Notes under the pieces: model-generated
The model's input: only the letters and a program-made list of their open reading frames with translations
The model's database searches: none
What the model was told of the DNA's origin: nothing
Program-made: the position numbers and the translations under genes
Assembly (NCBI GenBank): GCA_965223905.1
Contig: CBDCXV010000011.1
Coordinates: forward strand, 1,952,001-2,016,000
Direction of reading: 5' to 3'
Length of the DNA stretch: 64,000 bases
Source: Candidatus Latescibacterota bacterium
Lineage (GTDB): Bacteria > Latescibacterota > UBA2968 > UBA8231
Shown: piece by piece, positions 38,295 through 48,801 of the stretch
Layout: every line of letters starts with the position of its first letter
Numbering within the stretch: the stretch's first letter is position 1

Positions 38295-41200
38295 ATGCCT
38301 CAACCAAACGGTTCCCGCATTGAAGCCGTCCGTCGGGCAATCGAGCGGTGGCAGAAGGATCTCTTCGATACCTCTGGCCGCAACCGGCTCGTTCGATACC
38401 GCGACCTGAAAACGAGTACGCTCGATCTCACACCCGGTCGAGCGTACGGTCTCGACAAACGGGCCTTGGACCGGCTGCTGGCGGACAAACCTGTCAGCCT
38501 CAGCGATCTCTTTCCTGATGCTCAAGATGGCTCCGACGACTCGACGGCCTTCAACGACGCCCGCCGCCGCCTCGCGGCCATCCACAAGGTTGCCCTCGCG
38601 AACCTGGAGGAGAAGGGCATCGAGACGCTCTTTGCCGCCATCGGGCTCGCGACCTGGAGAGTCGATTCCGGGACCCCGCCGTACGCGCCGGTGATTCTCC
38701 TGCCGCTCGGGGTGGAAGCCACGGGTGCCGCTGCGCGTGACTTCAAGATCCGTGTCTCGGGTGATGCCCACCTCAACCCGGTGCTGGCCCACGTCCTGCG
38801 CACCGAACACGACATCGAGATCGACGACGAAGAGGGGGATGTGGCTGAAGACCCACCAACCAACCTCAACGGATTCCAGGTCCTGCTCAACCGGTTCGCG
38901 GAGTCGTGGAAGGCCCTTCCTGATCTGGTTATTGAGCTACGCGCCGTTTCAGCGGTTTTCTCTTACTCAACGATGCCGCTGGTCACTGATCTGGAGCAGA
39001 ACGGCGGGCTGTTTGCTGCAAGCGACATCGTCGCCGCTATCGCCGGCGATGGAGAGGCTCGAGAGGTCGTTGCCTCCCGCATTTGCGAGCCCGAGCCCAA
39101 CCAGCCCGACACGGATCCTCCCGCGGACGAGTTCCTCGTGCTCGATGCCGATTCCAGCCAGCACATGGCGATCAATCGCGTGCTCGGCGGGGAGTCGCTC
39201 GTTATCCAGGGTCCGCCGGGCACGGGCAAATCCCAAACAATCGCCAACCTCATCACAGCCCTCATCGCCCGAGGCAAACGCGTCCTTTTCGTCGCCGAGA
39301 AACGCGCTGCCATCGAAGCCGTCACAAAACGGCTGGAGCAAGTGGACCTCGGCGACCTTGTCATGGACATGCATGGCGGCGTCACCTCCCGGCGTGATTT
39401 CGCGCGCACGCTCAACGACTCCCTGGAACGCGTCGCCACTATTCCCGCGCGCGACTACTCTGCTCTCCACAGGCGTCTCGGGGAACGTCGAGATGCCCTC
39501 ATTGCAAACGATGCCGCCCTGCATGAACCGCGCCATCCCTGGAAGCTCTGTGTCTTCGACATGAGGGAACGACTCCTTGCCATTCCCACAGCTGCTCACA
39601 CCCAACTGCGCCTTTCTACCGAGGCGGCGCGCGCCCTCGATAGCGCCGGTTTCGAACAGCTTGCAGGTGGAATTGAAGAGTGGGTCAACCTCGGTGGCCA
39701 TACACTGGCTGAGAACCATCCAGAGTGGTCCCGCAGCTCCATCACTACCCCCGCCGAAGCGCGCAAGGCCTACGATCTGGTCAGCGATCTTGCGCACCGG
39801 CTCCTGCCCGCCGCCCGCGACGCCCTCTTCCCGTTGCTAGATGAGCGTGCCCTCCCTCGGCCGGAGAAGGTTGCCGAGTGGGCCAGGACGACGCGGTTCC
39901 TCGTGGTGGCAAGCGGACCATGGTGGAGGCGGATAATTGCGCAGATCATCTCGAAAGAGTACCGGGCGGCCAAGCGAGCGCTTGGAAATCCTGGTGCGCT
40001 GTCACTCACACCAGACAAGCTGAGTGATTTGAAAGAGCGCGTACGTGCCCTCGCCGCAGGGTTTGCAGCCTTGGCCAAAGTGGGGGGGATCTACGGTCTG
40101 GACGGGTTGCCACACACCGATCTGTCCGTGGTGCTCAATCGGATGATAGCCAATCGCACCGCGGCCACGAGCCTTCCCACAATCCGCGAGCTTGAAAGGC
40201 GGTTTGGCGAGGCCGGGATCGAAAACGTCATTGCGCTCGTTGGTGGGGACATTCCACCCGACCATGCTGCCCTCGCCGTCGAGAACGCCTGGCTATGGCG
40301 CGTCCTGGAAGATCTCGAGTTTGAAGATCGACGGATCGCTGCATTCGACAGCAGTACACATTCCCGCCATCGGGACGAATTCGCCGAAACCGATCGTCAG
40401 CACCGAGACTCTACCCCTCAGCGGGTTCACCGGCTGGCCGCCGAGGCCATCATAGCGACGATGAATGATCATCCAGAGGAGACCGCACTGGTCCGGAAAG
40501 AAGCCGCGAAGAAGCGCCGCCACCTCAGCGTCCGGCAACTCTTCGCGCGCGCCCCCCACGTTCTCTCCACGCTCCGCCCCTGCTGGACCATGTCGCCCAT
40601 CCTCGCAGCTGAGATGATCCCCGCAAACCTGCGGCTCTTCGACGCCGTCATTTTCGATGAGGCTTCTCAGATTCCCCCGGCGGAAGCGATCAGTAGCCTT
40701 GCGCGTGCTCCCCAGACCGTGATCGCCGGGGACAGCCGCCAGCTTCCCCCCACTTCGTTCTTCGGCCACAGCGCCGACGATGAAACCGAAGACGAAGACG
40801 ACGACGAGGGGGTTCTGACCAGCGACATCGAGTCCCTGCTTGACACCGCCGGCGTGCTTCTGCGCGACAAGATGCTGCAGTGGCACTATCGCAGCCGCGA
40901 CGACCGCCTGATTGCGTTCTCCAACAACCATATCTACGGCGGCTCTTTGACAGCCTTCCCGGGCGCAATCGTCAATACCCCGATCACGCACTGCCTGATC
41001 CCTTTCCGCCCCATCACCGGGGTCAGCGGCACGCGCTCGAACCCGGACGAGGTCGAGAAGGTCGTCGGTCTCGTCCTCGAACACGCCCGTGAGACCCCAG
41101 ACGAGACTCTCGGCGTCATCGCCTTTGGTCAGCATCACGCTGACAACATCGAAAACGTACTCCTCCGCCGCCTCAGTGAGGTGAACGATCCTTCCCTCGA

Positions 41201-42161
41201 CGAGTTCTTCGCCGAAACGAACGAGGAGCGCTTCTTCGTCAAGAATATCGAACGCGTCCAGGGGGATGAGCGGGACGTCATCATCCTCAGCGTTGGCTAC
41301 CACAAGGATGCCCGCGGAAGCCTGCCCTACCGTTTTGGGCCAATACTGCAGGAAGGTGGAGAACGCCGTCTCAACGTTGCCGTAACGCGCGCCCGTTCGC
41401 GTCTCACGCTGGTCTCTTCATTCAGCCATCGCGACATGGACCCGGGCCGCTCCTCCGCGAAGGGGGTCGATCTGCTCCGGCAGTATCTCGAATATGCTGC
41501 TTCCGGCGGCGAGAACCTCGGTTCGGAGGTGCACGATGTGCCGCTCAACCCATTCGAGCTTTCCATCCTGGATGGACTGGAACGCCGAGGCATTCCGGTT
41601 ACGCCCCAATACGGCGTCTCCGGTTACCGCATCGACTTCGCCTGTGCGCATCCCGACGAGCCCGGGCGGATGGTGCTCGCCGTCGAGGCCGATGGCGCCA
41701 GTTATCACTCCGCGCACACTGCCCGCGACCGCGACCGCCTCCGCCAGCAAGTACTGGAGGGCAAGGGTTGGCGCTTTCACCGTATCTGGTCGACGGCGTG
41801 GTTCAGAGACCGCGAGGCGGAGCTCGACAAGGCGGAGGAAGCGTGGAAACGGGCTGTTGAGGCGTCAGACAGGGACGAGCCGCTTCCAACTGTCGGAGCA
41901 CCCCCCGACATCCCGCAGAGTCCATCCCCGCAACGCGGCCCGCGTCCCAATGTTCCCCGAAAAGGAAGGCTTGGTTACGACAGCATCACCGATTACAGCC
42001 ACCTGCAACTGGTTGCTCTTGCCCGTTGGATCGAGTCCGATACGCTCCTGCGGACCGACGACGACCTGATCCGGGAGATGATGAAGGAGCTTGGATTCAA
42101 GCGTTCCGGGAAGCGTATCACAGATGCGCTCAGGATGGCCATCAGAGATGCCCGTCGCTGA
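38295..42161 (+). CDS. DUF4011-SF1 helicase-Vsr-like endonuclease protein (Hhe-like defence protein)
   Basis: LFDTSGRNRL, QGPPGTGKS, FDEASQ, GDSRQLPP, HYRS, VQGDERD, RLNVAVTRAR, YRID...EADG...RDRLRQ. Confidence 0.88.
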   Translation: MPQPNGSRIEAVRRAIERWQKDLFDTSGRNRLVRYRDLKTSTLDLTPGRAYGLDKRALDRLLADKPVSLSDLFPDAQDGSDDSTAFNDARRRLAAIHKVALANLEEKGIETLFAAIGLATWRVDSGTPPYAPVILLPLGVEATGAAARDFKIRVSGDAHLNPVLAHVLRTEHDIEIDDEEGDVAEDPPTNLNGFQVLLNRFAESWKALPDLVIELRAVSAVFSYSTMPLVTDLEQNGGLFAASDIVAAIAGDGEAREVVASRICEPEPNQPDTDPPADEFLVLDADSSQHMAINRVLGGESLVIQGPPGTGKSQTIANLITALIARGKRVLFVAEKRAAIEAVTKRLEQVDLGDLVMDMHGGVTSRRDFARTLNDSLERVATIPARDYSALHRRLGERRDALIANDAALHEPRHPWKLCVFDMRERLLAIPTAAHTQLRLSTEAARALDSAGFEQLAGGIEEWVNLGGHTLAENHPEWSRSSITTPAEARKAYDLVSDLAHRLLPAARDALFPLLDERALPRPEKVAEWARTTRFLVVASGPWWRRIIAQIISKEYRAAKRALGNPGALSLTPDKLSDLKERVRALAAGFAALAKVGGIYGLDGLPHTDLSVVLNRMIANRTAATSLPTIRELERRFGEAGIENVIALVGGDIPPDHAALAVENAWLWRVLEDLEFEDRRIAAFDSSTHSRHRDEFAETDRQHRDSTPQRVHRLAAEAIIATMNDHPEETALVRKEAAKKRRHLSVRQLFARAPHVLSTLRPCWTMSPILAAEMIPANLRLFDAVIFDEASQIPPAEAISSLARAPQTVIAGDSRQLPPTSFFGHSADDETEDEDDDEGVLTSDIESLLDTAGVLLRDKMLQWHYRSRDDRLIAFSNNHIYGGSLTAFPGAIVNTPITHCLIPFRPITGVSGTRSNPDEVEKVVGLVLEHARETPDETLGVIAFGQHHADNIENVLLRRLSEVNDPSLDEFFAETNEERFFVKNIERVQGDERDVIILSVGYHKDARGSLPYRFGPILQEGGERRLNVAVTRARSRLTLVSSFSHRDMDPGRSSAKGVDLLRQYLEYAASGGENLGSEVHDVPLNPFELSILDGLERRGIPVTPQYGVSGYRIDFACAHPDEPGRMVLAVEADGASYHSAHTARDRDRLRQQVLEGKGWRFHRIWSTAWFRDREAELDKAEEAWKRAVEASDRDEPLPTVGAPPDIPQSPSPQRGPRPNVPRKGRLGYDSITDYSHLQLVALARWIESDTLLRTDDDLIREMMKELGFKRSGKRITDALRMAIRDARR

Positions 42162-42233
42162 CCTCTGCCTGCAATACGCCTGACGACGGGTCTAGGATGC
42201 CCTGCAAGGTCTCACGGCCGTAAACGATCTACT

Positions 42234-42849
42234 TCACCGTGCATTGGCCGGTTTGATCGTGTAATTCCAATCGCCATGGAACGTATGTGGCGAGAGCTTG
42301 ACGTGCTCCATTTGCTCATCCGTGACGACCACCCCTTTGGGATACGAACGTTTGTCGATCTCGGAGCGAACGCGAAGCCCGGTGGCCGTGGTCGTCATAC
42401 CGATCAGATTGACCACCGCCGCCAGACTGACCAGGGGTTGGCCGCGCCAGTTCATGGCGATATACGCGAACAGACGATGCTCGATGCGGTTCCATTTGCT
42501 GGTGGGACCACCTCCTTCTTCTTGGTATCTACCGAAATGACCGGATGGCCTTTTTTCTGAGCGCTTCGCACCTGCTCGTTGAGGTAGCGGTGATCGGCTC
42601 GAGCAAGGCGTTGAGGTCCGACAACAGCGTCCCGTCCGTGTCGACGCGCCGCTTGCGACCGCCGCCATGCCCCATCGCTTCGGCCTCGGCGGCCGCCCAC
42701 AGGCGGCGCGTGCCTTCGCTCAAGGCGGCGCGTGCGTTCGCTCACCGGCGCCAAGGCCGCGTACTTCGCTCGCAGCGTTTCGATGTCCACCCATCAAGAG
42801 TAAGCCTGTTCTTCCCAAAAGTACATCATTTATTTCGTGACAAATCCTA
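42234..42849 (-). mobile_element. Internally deleted ISAzo13-family element
   Basis: ERTRRLWAAAEA, ISVDTKKKE, SKWNRIEHRLF...NWRG, FHGDWNY in broken frames. End resembles TAGGATTTGTCACGAAATAAATG. Confidence 0.85.
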
Positions 42850-42862
42850 AGGAGGTGATGAG

Positions 42863-43450
42863 ATGGCGAAGATAAAGTCCAACTTTACGCAGGGGCCCGA
42901 AGGCTGGTGTTCCTACGAATATCATGCGAGCATTATCGCGGGGACCAATATTTTCATCCTGACAACCTGGTGCCCGACCGGGGGAATCGACGGCGGCGGG
43001 TATGTCTGGGCCGACCATACTCGCTGGAGTGCGGATGCACCGGAAAGGCCGCTGTCGATCCTGCCGCTGATCCGCTATCAGAATTGGGTGGGGGATGGGC
43101 CGATCGATCTGCGCGAGGCGGAGTTGGGGGTCAGTCTGCGCGGGGACGGCTTGGCCCTCAATGGTGCCGCGTGCTATTTCTGGGCTCATATTGGCGGCAC
43201 GCGTTGGCATTGCAGCGGCCACCCGATTGAGATTCCCGCGGGACGCTGGACAGATGAGCCGACCCGCTTTACGCTTGCAAACGATGAGGCCCGCTGGTAT
43301 CACAGTTGGTCGCGGGATGGGGCGCAGCCCGCGGGTCTCGAGCAGGTGCTGGCCAATGCCGAGTCCTTCGGATTTTCGTTTGTCGGCTTTGGCGGCGAGG
43401 TTTCCGGGCGGGTGTCAATGGGTTATTTCGAGCTCAATCCTGCCGGGTAG
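42863..43450 (+). CDS. Hypothetical protein (Trp-rich, beta-sandwich-like)
   Basis: AAGGAGGT RBS, 195-aa ORF. Confidence 0.7.
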   Translation: MAKIKSNFTQGPEGWCSYEYHASIIAGTNIFILTTWCPTGGIDGGGYVWADHTRWSADAPERPLSILPLIRYQNWVGDGPIDLREAELGVSLRGDGLALNGAACYFWAHIGGTRWHCSGHPIEIPAGRWTDEPTRFTLANDEARWYHSWSRDGAQPAGLEQVLANAESFGFSFVGFGGEVSGRVSMGYFELNPAG

Positions 43451-43520
43451 GCAGGCATGGACATGGTGCGGATACGGCCCGCAACCTGGCCCTGCTTTGC
43501 GATCCGGCCTATATCATTTT

Positions 43521-43554
43521 CCAATAAACCATCCTGTTCCAATAAACCATCCTG
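43521..43554. repeat. 18-bp-period tandem duplication CCAATAAACCATCCTG
   Basis: Two adjacent copies upstream of the ankyrin gene. Confidence 0.8.
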
Positions 43555-43592
43555 CCTGACTACCGCTTTCCAGTGCCAAGGAGCGAAATACA

Positions 43593-44711
43593 ATGAAACC
43601 CGCCAAAGCACTCGCCACCGCAGCCGGTCGCGGCGACCTCGAAACCATGAACGCCATGCTAAAACAGGACAAGACGCTGGCGAGCAACTGGCAGCCGATA
43701 ATGGACGCCTGTTTCGTCGGACAGGCAGACGCCGTGGCGCTCCTGCTGCAGAACGGCGCCGATCCGAACATCAAATCCAGATCGGCACACCACTACCGTC
43801 CCCTGCACCGCACTGTAGAATTCAAGAAGACGGTGCCCAAACACGAGGGGCACCACCAAGTAGTCGATCTCCTGCTCGATGCCGGGGCCGACCCGTTGAT
43901 GACAGGGAGCAGTTGGCTCATCAGCGCAATTGCCCTCTGCGCCACCGGCGATTCGACCGAATTCCTGCCGGCCCTGCTGAAGAAGGCACCTGAACAGCAC
44001 GACATCTTCCACGCTGCCGTCCTCGGCGACGCCGAGCGCGTGAACACCCTCCTGGAGGCGGATCCGTCCCTGGCAAAAGTTCATCACGAGGGCAGTAAAC
44101 TCTGGACAAACGCCGATGGTTGGACATCCCTGAACTACTGTGTCGGTTCACACGTCGGAAAAGACGACGAGAAGAAGAGCAAGGGTTTGGCACAGATTGC
44201 GCGGTCCCTGCTGGATTGCGGCGCCGACATCACCGGCTGCGTCGATCAGGCAATCTACAGCAACAACATGGAGGTCCTGGGAATGCTCCTCGAGGCTGGC
44301 GGCACTTGCACCGACGACGACACCATCAACCACGCCGCATGCGACGGGCAGTTCGAGGCCTTGGAGATGCTACTGGAGTACGGAGCTAAACTCGACGGTA
44401 CCCGCGGTACCGAGCATCACGGTGGCTATACCCCCCTCGGCTGTGCAGTTTCCAGCCGCAGCATAAAGGGGGCGAAGTGGCTGCTCGAGAAGCGACAGGA
44501 TCCCAACGAAATCAAGAGCAAAGACGGGGAGAACTGCCTGCACGTGGCAGTGCATTTCGGCGCCAGCGACAAGATGCTGCAGTTGCTGCTCGAAAACGGC
44601 GCCAGGATCAACCAGAAGGACAAGCAGGGACGAACCCCGCTGGCGCGGGCCTACGAGAAGAATCACAAGAAAGCAATCGCCTTCCTCGAAACCGCGGGCG
44701 CCCAAACCTGA
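43593..44711 (+). CDS. Ankyrin repeat protein
   Basis: LLQNGADPN, TPLGCA, NCLHVA, GRTPL. Confidence 0.92.
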   Translation: MKPAKALATAAGRGDLETMNAMLKQDKTLASNWQPIMDACFVGQADAVALLLQNGADPNIKSRSAHHYRPLHRTVEFKKTVPKHEGHHQVVDLLLDAGADPLMTGSSWLISAIALCATGDSTEFLPALLKKAPEQHDIFHAAVLGDAERVNTLLEADPSLAKVHHEGSKLWTNADGWTSLNYCVGSHVGKDDEKKSKGLAQIARSLLDCGADITGCVDQAIYSNNMEVLGMLLEAGGTCTDDDTINHAACDGQFEALEMLLEYGAKLDGTRGTEHHGGYTPLGCAVSSRSIKGAKWLLEKRQDPNEIKSKDGENCLHVAVHFGASDKMLQLLLENGARINQKDKQGRTPLARAYEKNHKKAIAFLETAGAQT

Positions 44712-45035
44712 CCACCTCCGGAACGCACAAATTTCAGGCATCGACGATCTGCCAGGGTGAGGCGCCAGTCGAATCGCCATCGGCTCGATGGGGACCGTAT
44801 CCGTCACGGGAGGGCAATCCCTTCTTTCGGGCGATCCGCGGGATCTCCGGCTTCGCGGGTCCTTCGGCAGCGAACGACCCGAAGCACGGGCACGGGGCGG
44901 TCATTACGGCCGTGCCTTCTTGAGCGGGGGCAGCGGTCTCTTTATATCATCGCGGGAACGGAATGACCGGTGGAGGGAATTCACCGCGGGTAGGCAACCC
45001 CGGCCTTGCGAGGCCGACAGGATTGGAGAAAGGCG

Positions 45036-46484
45036 ATGGAGACGCAGCCCCTGCACGAATTCGGGACAGAGAAGCAGATCCTTTTCGACGACGCCCTGGT
45101 GGCGGGAAAGCGCGGGTTTCACCTGGCGATGAACCCCGCGGTGCGCGCCGAGCAGCCGGCGCTGGCCGCGGACAGGCCGTGGGAGGCCGGGGGCATCAGC
45201 CAGCCAGCCGTCGCCGCCGGCACCGACGGCCTGCACAAGATGTGGTACTACGGCCACGAGCCCGGCGGCGGCAGCCCGTGGCTCTGCTACGCAGAATCCG
45301 CGGACGGCATCGAGTGGGAGAAGCCGGAGCTGGGGATCTGCGAATACGAGGGGAGCACGAGGAACAACATCGTTGCCCGCGACATCCACGCCGGCGTGTT
45401 CGAGGACCCGCACGACGTCCCGGAACGGCGCTACAAGCTGATCGGCTCGGACCGGTCGAAATGGGGGGTCACCAGCGTCAACTGCGGGGGCGCCCGCTTC
45501 CGCTATTTCACGGGGGAGCTGGAGACCTGGGAGTACCAGGCCGTCATCGGCGCGCACTCACCGAACGGCATCCACTGGACGAAGTACGACGGGCCGATCA
45601 TGCCGTGGTACACCGACACCCACAACGTCGCCTTCTGGGACGACCGCATCGAACGCTACGTCGCCTACGTGCGCTGGAACGATCACCTGCACGTAAACGA
45701 GGAGGGCAGGCAGGTCGGCTCCTTCGACTACCGCTCCATCGCCCGCTCCGAGAGCGACGACTTCGCCCGCTTCCCGGAGCCGGTGAAGGTCCACGAGCCG
45801 GACTTCAGCCTCCCCGAGGACGACGACCTGGCCGGCGGCGGGCTCTACAACACCGCGGCGATCAAGTACCCCCTCGCCGCCGGCGCCTACCTGATCTTCC
45901 CCTCGGCCTACCACCACACCAGCGACACCCTCGACATCCAGCTGGCGACGAGCCGCGACGGCATCAGCTTCGACCGCTTGCCCGAGCCTTTCGTCCGGCT
46001 GGGGACGACGGGCCGTTTCGACTCGCGGTCGTTGTACATGGGGCCCGGCCTCGTTCCCGCCGGTGACGAGCTCTTCCTCTACTACGGCGGGCACCCGCAC
46101 CGGCACGACCTCGACGTCGGCCACCGGGATCCCGGGGGTATCGGGCGGCTCCGCGTCCGCCTCGACGGCTTCGTTTCCCACGACGCCGAAGCCGGAGGAA
46201 TCGTCGCTGACCACGGTCCCCTTCCCGCTCGCCGGGGACCGGCTGCAGGTCAACATGGACGCCAGCTCTCGCGGCTGGCTGGAGGTAGAGATTCTCGACG
46301 CAACCGGGCACACCCTGTGGGGGTACGGCCGGACAGAGGCGGACCGCCTGCACTTCAACGACGTCGCGCAGACCGCGACCTGGAACGGGTCCGCGATCTG
46401 TCGGCGCTGCGCGGAAGGAACGTGCGGCTCCGCTTCAGCGGCCGCTGGGTGAAGCTGTACGCCTTCCAGTTCCTCGGCTCGTAG
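45036..46484 (+). CDS. Five-bladed beta-propeller glycoside hydrolase-like protein, with two compensating frameshifts near 46195 and 46390
   Basis: ILFDD, YAESADGIEWEKPEL, SRDG, RLDGFVS. The native-looking C-terminal segment lies in frame 46063-46452. Confidence 0.75.
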   Translation: METQPLHEFGTEKQILFDDALVAGKRGFHLAMNPAVRAEQPALAADRPWEAGGISQPAVAAGTDGLHKMWYYGHEPGGGSPWLCYAESADGIEWEKPELGICEYEGSTRNNIVARDIHAGVFEDPHDVPERRYKLIGSDRSKWGVTSVNCGGARFRYFTGELETWEYQAVIGAHSPNGIHWTKYDGPIMPWYTDTHNVAFWDDRIERYVAYVRWNDHLHVNEEGRQVGSFDYRSIARSESDDFARFPEPVKVHEPDFSLPEDDDLAGGGLYNTAAIKYPLAAGAYLIFPSAYHHTSDTLDIQLATSRDGISFDRLPEPFVRLGTTGRFDSRSLYMGPGLVPAGDELFLYYGGHPHRHDLDVGHRDPGGIGRLRVRLDGFVSHDAEAGGIVADHGPLPARRGPAAGQHGRQLSRLAGGRDSRRNRAHPVGVRPDRGGPPALQRRRADRDLERVRDLSALRGRNVRLRFSGRWVKLYAFQFLGS

Positions 46485-46525
46485 CCTGCGCGCGTATTTC
46501 CGGGGAATCCGGCCGCCGCTGCATC
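46485..46525. repeat. Dispersed intergenic repeat
   Basis: GAATCCGGCCGCCGCTGCATC identical at 46505-46525 and 56494-56514. Confidence 0.75.
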
Positions 46526-46583
46526 CCGTTCCGGCGTCCGGATCCCGGCCATCCATTCCCGACGGGAAAAAAGCAGTAGGGCC

Positions 46584-48143
46584 TCAGTCGCCGAACCGGT
46601 AGCTGTAGAGGACGGCGTGGCTGTAGCGGATGCACACGACGACCTCCTCGCCGACCAGCCCGGAGACGTTGTCGCGGCGCTTCCAGCGCACCGGCGCGGC
46701 GACCGAGTTCTCCATGACCGACACGCAGTCCTCGTACCGGTAGCCGTCGATCGGCGCCCAGTCCGGCCGGCGCAGCTCGACGACGCACTCCCGCTCCGCC
46801 CACTCCTCGACGACCTCGATATTGACGGTCAGCTCGGGGCCCTCGACGCGCACCGGCCGGGTGATGATCCAGGCGGATGCATCCGTCCCGTCCGGCCCGC
46901 GGCCCCTCAGGTTGCGGCTCGCCATGCCGACGAACCCGTCGAGCCGCAGGTGGGCGCCGGCGATGCAGCGCACCCCGTCGGGGTGCTGCTCCTCGGTGCG
47001 CGAGCAGTCGTAGTAGATGTACATGCGGTCGCCGACGACGATCGGCTCGTTGTGCAGGGGCACGACGCTGCAGCGGTCGTGGGCGCCCGGGGCCCCGACC
47101 GGGATGAACGGGTGGTCGCGGAATACCCGCTTCCACGGGCCGCCGTCCCGGTGGGACAGCAGGTACGTGCTCGACAGGCCGCCGGTGCGCTGGCTGCTGG
47201 CGAACAGGAAGGCGAGGTCCTGGTTGCCGTAGTTGAAGGGGATGAAGCTCTCGAACTGCATCAGCTCGCCGTGGCCGTCCAGCTCGTCCGGGGTCAGCAC
47301 CACCTCGTTCGGGCTGGTGAACTCGACGAGGTCGTCGCTGTAGCTCAGCCCGAGGAAGCGGGTGTACCCGATCCCGGGAATCGGCTCGCTCAGCGGCCGG
47401 TCGAAGAGCATCCAGCGCCGGTTGCGGTGGTCGCGCATCAGGATCATGCGGTCCCCCCCCTCGCACCCCTTGAAGCGCTCCAGCGGCTGGTTCCAGTGGA
47501 TGCCGTCCGGGCTGCAGGTGATGTACTTGGCCCGGTGCGCCCAGAACCGCTCCATGTCCTCCTCGGGGCGGTCGAGCAGGTGCACGCGGTTGTCCCAAAC
47601 GTGGGAGGTCTCCCAGTGGGCGACCATCTTGTAGCGCCGCTCCGGGTCCACCTCGGCTTCGTCGCGGATGATGGTGTGGCCGTCCCAGTTGGTGACGCAG
47701 CCGTCGAACTGCCGCGACGCCGCCTCCCCGGTCAGGAAGATGTTGTTGTCCCGGGAGCCGCGGTGCTCATAGAGGCCGAGGTTCGGCTTCTCCCAGGTGA
47801 GGCCGTCCGTCGACTCGGCGTACATCCCGAGGGAGTGGTGGGTGATCGGGCACTCCCCCGGCATGCCCTGCGGGAAGAAGCCGTACTCCCTGCCGCGGCC
47901 CCAGACGCCGGCGCGGCCCATGTCGTGCCCCTTGGTCAGGTAGGACAGGTACCACAGCCGCAGGCGCCCGTCCTCCTCGCGGATCGCGTTGCCCCAGGCG
48001 GCGACGCCGCGGCCCGGCTCGCCGCTGGTGATCAGGGGCCCGGGCAGCTTGGTCGGCTGGTTGAGGACGCGCCAGGTGCCGAAGGTCTGGTGGATCTCCT
48101 CGTCGTCGACGAACAGGTGCTTCCCCATGTCGTGCGTGGTCAC
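46584..48143 (-). CDS. Beta-propeller glycoside hydrolase-like protein
   Basis: LFVDD, YAESTDGLTWEKPNL, RLDGFV. Confidence 0.78.
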   Translation of the reverse strand: MTTHDMGKHLFVDDEEIHQTFGTWRVLNQPTKLPGPLITSGEPGRGVAAWGNAIREEDGRLRLWYLSYLTKGHDMGRAGVWGRGREYGFFPQGMPGECPITHHSLGMYAESTDGLTWEKPNLGLYEHRGSRDNNIFLTGEAASRQFDGCVTNWDGHTIIRDEAEVDPERRYKMVAHWETSHVWDNRVHLLDRPEEDMERFWAHRAKYITCSPDGIHWNQPLERFKGCEGGDRMILMRDHRNRRWMLFDRPLSEPIPGIGYTRFLGLSYSDDLVEFTSPNEVVLTPDELDGHGELMQFESFIPFNYGNQDLAFLFASSQRTGGLSSTYLLSHRDGGPWKRVFRDHPFIPVGAPGAHDRCSVVPLHNEPIVVGDRMYIYYDCSRTEEQHPDGVRCIAGAHLRLDGFVGMASRNLRGRGPDGTDASAWIITRPVRVEGPELTVNIEVVEEWAERECVVELRRPDWAPIDGYRYEDCVSVMENSVAAPVRWKRRDNVSGLVGEEVVVCIRYSHAVLYSYRFGD

Positions 48144-48157
48144 GTGACACCTTCCCG

Positions 48158-48799
48158 TCAGTTTGCGGCCGGAAGCGCATCGATTGCAGCTATCATCCGA
48201 AGAAAATCGCGGACCGTGCTGAAGACGCTGTGATTCAGATCCCAGTAGTCATTCTTTGCGGCCACTCCTACGGAAAAGTGAGGATTGGGCTTTGTGGTCA
48301 GATAGGCATGGGCACGGGCTTTGTCGGATCTTCCGACAGACACGTCCGGCAGAGCTTCGACACAGTTGAAAAAGTCATCGATGCAGCTCTCCACCGGCGT
48401 AACCGCAATGCTCTCACACCGTAGCGTTTCAAGCATCCCCTGGCGATTGTCGCCGGGTAGTATCAGCACTGCCACCGCCGGGCTGCCCCCGGTGCATTCT
48501 ACAGGGCTGTCTGGCACGGGCAGTGCGGCATTGCTCAGCGCTGACTGAACGCTTTGGAAGGCCCCTCCGGCGGACGTTTCTGCATCCCGAACGATGCCGA
48601 GCCTGCGGACGGTTTCACGAAATCCAGTCGCGCCTACGAATCCCTCCAGGAAATCGCTCAGTTGGTTGACCCCGCCAAAGTTCTGAACCTGGACATTGGC
48701 GATCGAGAGGTGACTGGTAAATGCCTCAAAGAAATTGCGCTGATCATTGCCCTCGACAAGAAGCTGGACTGCCAATTCGATTTCTGCTGGCTTCGGCAT
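48158..48799 (-). CDS. DUF3226-like TOPRIM-type protein
   Basis: LLVEGND, GIVRDAE, ILPG...GMLETL, KARAHAYL. Confidence 0.7.
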   Translation of the reverse strand: MPKPAEIELAVQLLVEGNDQRNFFEAFTSHLSIANVQVQNFGGVNQLSDFLEGFVGATGFRETVRRLGIVRDAETSAGGAFQSVQSALSNAALPVPDSPVECTGGSPAVAVLILPGDNRQGMLETLRCESIAVTPVESCIDDFFNCVEALPDVSVGRSDKARAHAYLTTKPNPHFSVGVAAKNDYWDLNHSVFSTVRDFLRMIAAIDALPAAN

Positions 48800-48801
48800 A
48801 T

